DNA of 26,803 nucleotides, taken from the NCBI GenBank assembly GCA_026025795.1, contig JAPEUG010000023.1, positions 62,001 through 88,803 of the forward strand. Reading direction: 5' to 3'. Shown here piece after piece: positions 11,417 to 21,737 of this stretch. Source of the DNA: Thelocarpon superellum (taxonomy: Eukaryota). Numbering within the stretch: position 1 is the first letter of the stretch; each line of letters opens with the position of its first letter. The translations under genes and the position numbers were made by a program. The notes beneath the pieces are model-generated. The model was not told the DNA's origin. It did no database searches and saw nothing but the letters and a program-made list of their open reading frames with translations.

Positions 11417-13627
11417 ATGCTCTCCCGTTCTCTCCTGCGACGGCCCCGCCCTAGCCTGCCGTGCTTCGTCCGAATGACATTGCCCTTCTCAAACGGCGCC
11501 ACTCATGGCGCTGCCTCAGCGGGGTGCTCGTTGCAAGATCTCCCCAAATCCCACAATTTTACTGCGAAGCTTCCACCGGACGCAGCCTTTGTGACGCCTT
11601 TAGATTCGCACAAGGCGCCACGGGAGTCGCTTGGACCACGCCTCGTCAAGGATGCCTTGTATACATTTGTTCGCCCCGAGCCTCAAATAGACGTCGAGCT
11701 CCTTGCGGTCAGTCCTGCTGCGATGAAGGATATTGGTCTCAAAGCGGGCGAAGAGCAGACGGACGTCTTCAAGGAGGTCGTTGCTGGCAATCGCCTCTTG
11801 GGCTGGGATGAGGCAACTGGAGAAGGAGTGTATCCGTGGGCGCAATGTTACGGAGGTAGATGCTTCGGATCCCCTACTTACGAAGTTCATAGGCTGATGG
11901 TCTCAGGCTGGCAGTTGTAGGCATGAGATTCTCTGGACTGGGCAGAATTCATCATTGACCGATCTATCAGCGGATCATGGGCCGGCCAGCTGGGTGACGG
12001 CGTGAGTCTCCGGCTCCCTCAGATGGAATTGGAGGTGTCTAAGAGGAGTCCAGCGTGCCATCAGCTTATTCGAGTCGACCAATCCTTCCACCAACACCCG
12101 CTACGAGATTCAACTCAAAGGAGCGGGACGGACACCCTACTCACGCTTCGCCGACGGCAAAGCCGTGCTCCGAAGCAGTATCCGAGAGTTTATCGTCTCG
12201 GAAGGTAAGAGAATCACCGTGTTGGGCCGCGCGCCCTGACTGACGCGGTCGCGATAGCCCTGAATGCCCTCCGCATTCCGACCACTCGTGCTTTGGCCCT
12301 CACCCTCCTACCGCGGTCGCGGGTCCAGCGCGAACGAACAGAGCCAGGGGCCATCGTGGCACGATTCGCGCAGTCATGGGTGCGCGTTGGCACTTTCGAC
12401 ATCCTGCGGGCTCGTGGTGATCGCGACCTGATCCGCCGCCTCGCCACGTACATCGCCACCGACGTCTTTGAGGGCTGGGAGAGTCTCCCCACTAGAATTT
12501 CAGAGCGGACAGCAGAGGCTCTGACTCGTGATCCTCCCACGGGTATCGCGTCCCATGTGACTGAGGGTACAGGGATCGAGGAGGAGAACCGCTTCACGCG
12601 TCTCTATCGCCAAATCGTCCGGCGGAACGCCCGTACGGTGGCGGCATGGCAGGCCTATGGATTCATGAACGGCGTTCTCAACACCGACAACACATCTGTC
12701 TTCGGTCTCAGCGTCGACTTTGGCCCTTTTGCCTTCATGGACGACTTCGACCCCAACTATAGCCCCAATCACGACGACCACGCGCTGCGATACTCTTACC
12801 GAAACCAGCCGACCATGATCTATTGGAACTTGGTACGACTGGGCGAGAGCCTCGGCGAGTTAATGGGCGCAGGCGCCAAGGTCGACGCTGATGACTTTGT
12901 TCAGAAGGGAGTCGCAGAGGAGGGGGAAGAGGCAGACGAGCTAGTCAAGCGGGCCGAGGCCATCATCGGCCGGACCGGCGCCGAATACAAGGCTGTCTTC
13001 CTCGGCGAATACCAGCGCCTGATGGCGCGTCGGCTTGGCCTGTTGACGCAGACGGAAGGCGACTTCGAGAACCTATTCAGCGAGCTTCTCGACACCCTTG
13101 AGGCCCTAGAGCTTGACTTCAATCAATTCTTTCGCAAGCTAAGCGCCGTCCGGCTCGCCGCCGTCGAAACGGAAGCGGGCCGTCGCGAGGCCGCGGGCAT
13201 ATTCTTCCATCACGAGGGCGTCACGGGCATCGGCAACACGGAGGAACAGGCGCGAGACCGCCTCGCCAAGTGGCTCGACCGTTGGCGTCTCCGAATCATT
13301 GACGATTGGGGAGCGGGAGAAGCCAAAGACGCACAGCGCCAACGGGACATGAAAGCCATGAATCCCAAGGTGAGCGCATCTTCCACGTTGAGAACGCCGA
13401 CCATTGACCTAAGGACCTTACCATAGTTCATACCCAAGTCCTGGATCCTGGACGAAGTGATCCAGCGCGTGGAACGGCAAGGCGAGCGGGAGATACTGAG
13501 CACCGTGCTCAATATGGCGCTGCATCCATTCCAAGACTCGTGGGGCGGTGACGCAGCTGAGGCGGAGCGTTTCTGCGGTGACGTGCCCCGTGTGGGGAGG
13601 GCCATGCAGTGCTCGTGCTCTTCATAA
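11417..13627 (+). CDS. FMP40: Protein adenylyltransferase SelO/Fmp40, Cys-containing form, probably mitochondrial. Exons 11417-11855, 11907-11916, 11971-12001, 12054-12204, 12258-13369, 13427-13627
   Basis: The spliced product gives [79 protein letters not shown] and a C-terminal QCSCSS*. The N-terminus is Arg/Ser/Leu-rich, like a presequence. Confidence 0.95.
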
Positions 13628-13732
13628 TGTACATTCACGACACGAAGAGGGTTGGACGCTCGAAAAGCTTACGTGGTATTTCGCACTCCTTTCGGCTCGT
13701 GTGCAGGATGCTAGTCGAGCGTGCTATGGAAC

Positions 13733-14756
13733 TCATGGGGACGAGGATCTGATTCGAGATGAGGTCGACGCGATCGGTTCAACATCCGCCTGCCTCTCCT
13801 TTGCTCTCTGGGCTGCGACTCTGGCGTCGTAGGCTCGTTTGATGGCGGTTAGCTCGTCGATGAGTGCCCGGTTAGCCATAGCATCCATGGCGGCGCGACA
13901 TCCGGCCTGGTTCTTACTCCAGCCCACGCCGGAGCCCAGCTTCTGCCGCTGACGACCCCACCCGGTCAAGAGCACGTCGACGAAGAAATTCGTCTTGCCC
14001 TTGTCCGCCTTCGACACCTCGGGCTGTCGCTGATCGACGTAGTGCAGCTTCACGTCTTTGCTGAGCACCAGCTTGGCGAGGTCCTGCTTGGCTTCCATGT
14101 TGACCTCCGGTATCCGCTGGTGCTGGAGAAGCTTCGGCGCCCATAGCTGGGTGAGCCAGTCCTCGACGACCACGAAGCCAGTGGCTGGCGCTTGAAGCAG
14201 GAGTGCAGCTACGTAGGCCTCGAAGACGTCCGCGAGTACCTTCCGCCCTGACGAGTTCTGCATGATGCTCTCTGGCGCGCGGATCTTCTCGTCGAAGCCG
14301 TAGGCCAGTGCATATTCGGCCAAGGTCCAGTTGTTGACCAGTGACTCTCGAATCTGCGCCAGTCGTCCCGCCGCGAGCTTGGGGAACTGGTAGAAGGCGA
14401 TGCGGCTGGCCATGCATTCGAGATACGCATCCCCCAGAAACTCGAGTCGCTCGTAGCTCTGGTCCAGGACCGCCGTTCCGCCATAGGGGACGCTGCCGGC
14501 ATGAGTGTAAACTGCCGCCGAGAGCTCTGCATCATGTAAAGGAGGAAGATCCGGGAGGACTTGATGTTCTCCTGGCGTATTGAGCTGCCCCAGAGCCAGG
14601 GAGGGTTTCGCCGTGGGACCTGGGGCCTGCGCCAAGGGTCAGTCCACGACCAAGGCAGGTATAGAAAGATGGACTACACACCAAAGGCTTGCGTAGTTTG
14701 CTCCCCCTTCCATTCTGCGAGTCAGCCTCATGTTCGAAACGGCGTTTCTCCACCAT
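13733..14756 (-). CDS. Single-domain RNase III with C-terminal dsRBD-like region (Pac1/Rnt1-like), about 322 aa. Exons 14756-14682 and 14626-13733
   Basis: RNase III signature YERLEFLGDA and second acidic motif KVLADVFEAY; dsRBD-like end LGSGVGWSKNQAGCRAA. A 55-nt GTGTGT...ACTGAC...CAG intron links an ATG-containing exon in phase 0. Confidence 0.88.
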
Positions 14757-14983
14757 GGTGGTGGGATGTAAATGCGATCCTCTTCCGTGGTCTGTCCATC
14801 GATGAACCGCACGCATCTTGCATGCGGCCCAGTCGGATATTTTGGCCGGTACGGTCGTCGGTTGACCCACAAGCGCAACCTGATCGCTCCCTCCTTAGGG
14901 TGAACACCGACCTCATCAAGTTTCCCCACGGTGACAATTTGACCCTTTCGAACCGCATCTCCCGGCACTGGGCTGAGGCCATC

Positions 14984-15502
14984 ATGGCCGTGGCTCGATC
15001 GAGGATGTTGGAGCTGTGGAAGGCATGTACCATGCTCTCCTCGCGCTGGGAATTGACATGCTGACAACGTTCAGACCCAGTGTCAAATCTTCTCCACCAC
15101 CTTCAATCCCGAGAACCAACGCCTGGGCAACAAGATTCTGCGTCAACGATTAAAGGGACCATCCGTGGCCGCATACTATCCACCACGCGTCGCCACCGTC
15201 AAAGACCTGCGGAAAGCCTATCCTGATCGGATAACCTGGGACGACGCCGAAGAGGAGCGATTGGAGAATGTGGAAATGTATGGCACTGATCATGACCAAG
15301 AAATGAGGATTTATGGATCTTTCTAACTCCCATCTACAGTGCCAAATCGAGGGGCAAGGGAGCGCCCAAGAAGAAGCGGACGGCGGCGGGTATGTGTCGC
15401 ACCCCTGGCGAGTCTGAAGAGGTGCCTAATCTGTGTCAATGAACAGAGTCGCGGAAATTCGGGAAGAAGAAGCCTGCCCCGAGTACAGCATCCACTGCGT
15501 AA
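14984..15502 (+). CDS. RSM27: Mitochondrial small-subunit ribosomal protein Rsm27/mS33. Exons 14984-15022, 15075-15277, 15340-15389, 15447-15502; intron 1 is GC-AG
   Basis: Only its first exon shows in the ORF track. The spliced product reads MAVARSRMLELWK-TQCQIFSTTFNPENQRLGNKILRQRLKGPSVAAYYP...EEERLENVEIAKSRGKGAPKKKR, matching mS33 motifs. Confidence 0.92.
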
Positions 15503-16911
15503 GGCGCAGTTGGGTTTACATGCCTGAGGATTCTTGTGATCCACGTGACAGATATCTTCGTTGCATGGATGCATTTTCGCCTGGCACGGTCGCGGGCGTC
15601 GAGTTTCACTCTCTTTCTCCACCTCCGTCGTGTGCAAGAGATCTCAAGTATGCGTGTAACGGTGCGAAGAGTCCGCAGAACCGTGATGCGTATGCGCACC
15701 ACAGGACCGTGGGAGCGATGCTTCCATTCTTCGCTCGTCTTGATTGGTGGAATCCACAAGTTACCGAATGATCCGCATCCGCAAGCGACGTCCCCAGTCC
15801 CAATCTCGGCCACTGGACGGTGCTGAACGCCGTTGACTGGGCCTTGCCGTGATCGTCGCGTCGACCCTGCCATCTTCAGCGACAGCCAGATAGCTTCTGC
15901 CCCACAAGTACACCATTAACGTTGAAAACACCCTTTCTCCACGTCCTGATGAAAAATCCAAACCGTTCGAGAAGACGGGTGGAGGGTGATCTGCAGACGT
16001 CCTCTCAGGCGCGGCAATGTTTGGTATGGTCGCAACTCCAGATGCGCAAGTCTGCTTACTCCGATGGTTTGAGCACGTGCCCTCGCGGACCTCCCGAACC
16101 TCAAGCTCGGACGAGAGCCCTCCAGGCGCACCGGGAAAGACGACTGGATATCAAAGTGGGCCACCAATCATGACAGGCAGAGAGTGGTACGTGAATGAGC
16201 CCGTCATGTGGAGCACGGTGGCAAGGCCAGGTGTGTTGAACCTGCGTAATGGGAAGTCGTGTTCCGTCTTCCGTCTTCCCTGCGCGCTCCCCCTTCCCTC
16301 GTAGGTGACTAGCGGTCACTCCCAGCTCTTCACGCCGAGATTCACCACGGCGACAGCCCCAGCCCTCTGTTTTTCCCCTCCGTGATGTGGACGTGCCAGT
16401 CCCTTCTTTTCTTGCACCACCAACACCGCACTGTGCCATTTTGTACGTGATTGGGCGCATCTACCGGCCATCTACACTCTCCAATCCCTTTGCTCCTGCT
16501 CCCTCGCCACCACGGTCTACGCACCGAACCCGTTTCCTTCTTGGAACCCTCCTTCCCGCCCCGTCAACTTGCTGACCTGGTGCCAATCCGTCGCCGCCAG
16601 CACCTCCCTGCCAACCAGCCCACACAGGCTCCCGGTGCGGCCACTTCTCCTTCCCTTCCTCACATCCCACACCCCCGTCGGTCACTCTCCCTTCCTCTTC
16701 GTCTATCTCTGGACACTTCCTCCAGCCTCCTACCAACAGCCCCGACGCGGACCCACCGCACGAGCGTGAACGTACCCTGAGATCTTTCGGTCCCATCTCA
16801 CCGCACGCTCACGAGCCACCGAGGCCACACGGCTCGTGTGATTCCTGATCTATTCACGGTGATTCGCGTTTGGACGCAATTCCGTCGGCTCTCAGCACGT
16901 ATCTTGGTATC

Positions 16912-19706
16912 ATGGCGGCTCTTCGCATTGACACATCTCACGCCAAGCGAAGTGATCGCTCTGCCCGCTTCAGCATCCACGAAGGCCAAGAGGATGGTCT
17001 CGACGCAGAGTGTCGCATCTTGAATGCCTCCAAGGTTGGTCCCTTGCGCATCCTCGACATTGGATGGAATGACGTGAACGCTGACCTGACCGCAGGGTAT
17101 CCAAGCCCTAAAATTGGCGGGGGGTGACACTGCCCCGCCGCTCACGACCTCCAAGCGGAGCAATCAGTCTGGTCTCTCCGGAGCCATCTCCATTGCCGTG
17201 CACAAGGTCCGGAACTATGCCCCCCCTGTCCGCTCTGCCCGCACTGACAGGTCCAGGTACAAAAGTCCGAACGTGCCAGCGATGGTGAGAATGGCGGGAC
17301 GCACCAGCCCATGGATAAGCTCCTAGCCCAGCTCGTCGAGCAACAGGTCCTGCTCAAGAAACAGCAACATGCCCTCGCGACTGTGGAGCCTCACGACCAT
17401 GCGCACCTCAAGGACCACGACTCGTCCTCGGATGATTCCGTTCCCATCACGCCGGCTACGGACGTCTTCGACATCACCCCGCCGCGCGAGAGCGAACAAA
17501 CCGACGACGATCGTGCCCAACGTGAGGTCAACGAGCTCCGCCGGCTCAAGGAGGAGCTGCAGGCAGCCAAAGACAAAATCGCTCGCATGGACCAGGAGCT
17601 CTCGCAGACCCGCATTACCAAGCATACCCTGGACCAGGCGCTGGGCTCGGCCACGGAGCTGGATTTCAATGGCACCGATGAGGTGACGGAACGCACCATC
17701 AGCACGCTCCAGCACGCCCTGAACGCGTCCACGCGCCCAGCGTATCAAGTGCGCGAGTCCAAGACCCTGCTGGACGACGCCTTCTCCGATTCGAGCGACG
17801 CCCTCTCCCCGGGCAGCTTCCCGCAGGCGCCGGGCATCTGGGGCAATCCTGCTAAGCCCGCCTTGACCATGGCTTTGACCACGCCGGTCGATCAGCAGGC
17901 CCACCCGTCGCTCGCTCCGTGGGAGAAGGACCCGGCCCGTTCATGGGGTCACCGTGGCGTTGGTCCGACCTTCTCGAGTGCGTCGCGGCCGCTCCTAGGA
18001 ACCCACTCGCAAGCGGTGGGGGACATGGCCCGGCCGATGGCGGACATGCATCCCTTCGTCACGAATTCGGCCTCGCGCTATCCCGGCATGCCGCCACCCC
18101 GCTCGGGAGCGTCGTATGGCCAGCGAAGCCCGGGTTGGACGCCCTTCGCACCGGCGCCCGGCGCCACCGAGCCCATGAAGGTGCCTACCAACGCCTTCCT
18201 AGGGCCGTCCATGTATTCCTCCTCGATGGGCTACCAACCTCGCCCGATCGGGACGCCGCTGTCGCCCACGGCGGCGGAGTTCACCGCGACCCACGCCGTG
18301 CCTAGCCCGTGGAATAACTCGGTACGTCGCACGTACCGAATCCGCCGCGAAATGTGCCCTGCGGATGCTGACGTGGCACAGGCGCCCTCGTCGCCGGGTC
18401 AGACCTACGTCTCCCCGATCGAGCCGCTCAACTATCGTCGTCTGCTGGATCGCACGGTGAATTGCAATTGGAAGTACATCGTGGACAAGATCGTGTGCAA
18501 CAACGATCAACAGGCCTCCATCTTCCTGCAGCAGAAGCTGAAGATCGGCACTGCGGAGCAGAAGTACGAGATCGTCGAGGCCATCGTGTCCCAGGCCTAT
18601 CCGCTCATGGTCAACCGCTTTGGCAACTTCCTCGTGCAGCGCTGCTTCGAGCACGGCACGGCGGACCAGGTCATCGCCATCGCCAATGCCATCCGCGGCA
18701 ACACCTTGAACCTGAGCATGGACGCCTTCGGCTGTCACGTGGTGCAGAAGGCCTTTGACTCGGTCCCGGAGGAGTACAAGGCCGTCATGGTGCGCGAGCT
18801 GCTCCGTCGCATCCCCGAGACCGTCATCCACCGCTATGCCTGTCACGTGTGGCAGAAGCTGTTTGAGCTCCGTTGGAACGACTCGCCCCCGCAAATCATG
18901 AAGTACGTCAACGACGCCCTCCGCGGGATGTGGCATGAGGTCGCCCTGGGCGAGACGGGTAGTCTCGTGGTGCAGAACATCTTTGAGAACTGTCTGGAGG
19001 ACGACAAGGTACGCCCCACCCGGGAACAAACCCCCACCACCTGGGACGCGGGACGTAAGGCTGACGGAACATGCTCGTAGCGTCCCTGCATCAACGAGGT
19101 CCTGGCGAGCATTGACATGGTCGCGCATGGCCAGTTTGGCAACTGGTGCATCCAGCACATCTGCGAGCATGGCGCTCCCATGGACCGCGGCCGCGCCATT
19201 GACCACGTCATCCGCTTCGCCACCGAATATAGTATGGATCAGTTCGCGTCCAAGGTGGTGGAGAAGTGCCTCAAGATCGGCGGTCCCGAATTCCTCGAGC
19301 GCTATCTGGACCGCGTTTGCGAGGCGCAGTCGGACCGTCCTCGTATCCCCCTCATCGATAGTAGGTCTTGCGCGGTGCCGGCCCGCTCTTGGTCCCTGGC
19401 TGACGATGCATCAGTTGCGAGCGACCAATATGGGAACTATCTAGTGCAATACATCCTGACCCATTCCAATCCCCAGCATCGCGAGCTGGTGGCAACCCAC
19501 ATTCGGTTGGTCCTCCGTGCCGTGGGACGAGATTGACCCGCTGATGAGATGGCAGCAAGCACATGGTCTCCCTCCGTGGCTCCAAATTCGGTTCGCGCGT
19601 CGGCATGCTCTGCTGCAACCCGGCCTTTTCGACGCGCCCGGGCCCCGGCGCCGGGCCGCCTGTCGGTCGTTTCGGCACGCCGCGTTATGGTGGGAGCTTC
19701 CGTTAG
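16912..19706 (+). CDS. Pumilio/PUF-family RNA-binding protein with 8 PUM repeats. Exons 16912-17034, 17096-17206, 17257-18321, 18382-19008, 19081-19360, 19415-19505, 19556-19706
   Basis: PUM repeat cores: DQQASIFLQ, NRFGNFLVQ, DAFGCHVVQ, HRYACHVWQ, GETGSLVVQ, GQFGNWCIQ, DQFASKVVE, DQYGNYLVQ. N-terminal coiled coil and low-complexity region; six GT-AG introns keep the frame. The 5' exons are less certain. Confidence 0.92.
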
Positions 19707-20555
19707 TGCCTTCAACTTGCTCTTGCCGATCTGCGCGGATCCATCGACTTTGCTGTCGGACGACGTCCATCTTGCTCACCTGACGCCTTCTACGACATGA
19801 CGATTTTCGAGTCCGCGTGACACACCCACATAGACCCAACGATCAACAACCCATACGTCCACTGCATCCTTGGTCTCCGGAGCGGGGAGGGACGAGACGA
19901 GCGACGGAGGAGAGCGACGCGCCTTCCCTTCCCCTTGTCCCGTGACGTCGGTGCCTTGGCCCGCGTTGCGGTTACATCTGTTCTTGCGGCGCCACCCACA
20001 CCTGACTTCCGTGCTCGACCTGGCTCGGTGGCTTGGTTGGTATGGAGCCCTCTTGTTTTCCTATGTCCCGTGCCCATTCCGTCCTCCATCTGTTGCTGTA
20101 AGTCGCTGCTCTGTACCTCCTTGCCTGGACCGGGTGCTCTCCTCCCGCTCCTGTGGCGGGCGGATGCTAGGGCGCCAGCGGCCTTGTGCTGGCGCCGTGT
20201 GGCCCACTTGTCATCTTGCACGAGCTTTGCCCTCTACCTGAATGGGCCTCCGCAGTCACTGCAGCATGTCACCATCCGATTTTCATCCTCTTGTATTGTT
20301 GTTCTACGTCATGGCCCCGTAGCCCCCTGCGGGTCCAATCGAGGTGGCGGCCCCACCCCGCATTCTGACGGGCGACGACATTCGGCGAGCCTGACCTCTT
20401 TCATCTCCTTCCTCTCTGTCTTGTTTGTGCGCGTGTCGTTATTGCTTACCGCACCCAGCCTCAGCCCCAGCCCCTTTTAAATTAGACAGTCACTTCAGAA
20501 TAGAGAATAAAAAAAGTTGCCCCGCCATGGCCCACCCATGTGGGTCCTCTCCACG

Positions 20556-21256
20556 CTATTGAAGCAAGGTCGTGCTCGAGTCCGCCGTGGATGCTGCTGA
20601 GGGATCCTTCTCCCACGGTTTCCTGCGTGCGGCCGCGGTACTCTGGCTCTCCTTTCCCTCGAGCACGGTATTGGGGATTTCCTTGATGCCCGGGATCGGA
20701 TCACCCTTGGTGATCAGGTTGACGATGTGCGCAAAGGAGGTGGGGTAGGGAGCCTCGGCGACGCCTGACGGTTCCGGAGCGGAGGCAGGCGCCGCCGTGG
20801 CCGCGGCTGACGGGACGACGTTGACAGGGGCAGAGGATTGAGGTGACGGGGGGTGACCGCTTCGCCACGCCTTGTAGCCGTCAAAGTCCACGGCGACGCC
20901 GTGCTTCCTGTCCGGCTCCGGTGTTAGCCATCCGTCAACGGGGCGAGCGACGCGCGATGAGGGTTCGTCCGGCTTGCCTGGAATAATAGAAGCAGCGAGC
21001 CCGCACGGTCAGGGCCTGTGCCTGCTCAGGGGACGCGTTGGCGCCTAGAATGGCCGATAACCCCCCCTACGATGTCACACCGTCCTTGTCAATCCCCATG
21101 TACGCGGGCTGGTCCACCCAGGTAGGTGTCGGGGACGGTGTCGCTGACCTGGAATTCAGCGTCCTCTGTCCAGGGATACGCTTCGACCGCGGCATAGAGC
21201 TGGTCCGCGGTATCTGCCGCCGCCAGGCCAGAGACCCGGGAGCTCTCCGTTGCCAT
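20556..21256 (-). CDS. PEX39: Pex39-like (C6orf226/YJR012C family) peroxin with KPWE motif. Exons 21256-21149, 21066-20978, 20907-20556; intron 2 is GC-AG
   Basis: The spliced product has YPWTEDAEFQGGLSAIL...RARCFYYSRKHGVAVDFDGYKAW, then PYPTSFAHIVNLITKGDPIPGIKEIPNTV and RRKPWEK. Confidence 0.8.
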
Positions 21257-21737
21257 GGTCGCGATAGTCCAGCGTGACGCACTCGGCACCACGGGTGCGG
21301 AGCTCCCAATATCCGACACGCCTACTTCCCTGGGGTCTCGTCCCACCACGACTACGGAGTACGAGACGTAGAGGGGCAGCTCTCACCCTCGGCATCCGCA
21401 AAGTACTCGTACCTGGCCCCGGCAAGACCCGTTGCCTGTCTGGTCCCGTGACCAAGCTCCTCCAGAGTCACCTCTTCGCGCTTGTCAGAATCAGGACTAG
21501 GCGGGGACGGAAATGTCACCACACCTCCACGAAATAGCAGAGGCTCGCAGTTCAACTTGCGATTCCATCGACTTACCTTGTTTGAGAGCCCGTCTGCCCT
21601 GTTCTCACCTCATCGGAGCTGTTGAGTCGGGCCTGGCCCTACCCTTGAATCAAAGCTCACTATCCTGTGCCCTCTCGGCCTTTCACCGCTCTGAACCCTT
21701 CCACCACCGTCTCCGTGCGGGCCTTGTCCTTTTCACC

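Noticed and set aside
13604..13627. Possible selenocysteine (UGA) in the SelO C-terminus
   Set aside because: The tail reads ATG CAG TGC TCG TGC TCT TCA TAA (MQCSCSS*). Both positions are Cys codons, so no recoding or SECIS is needed.
13733..14626. RNase III as a Dicer fragment or mitoribosomal mL44/mL57
   Set aside because: It has one RNase III domain with intact catalytic motifs, no helicase or PAZ exons nearby and no presequence-like N-terminus, which fits a Pac1/Rnt1-type enzyme.
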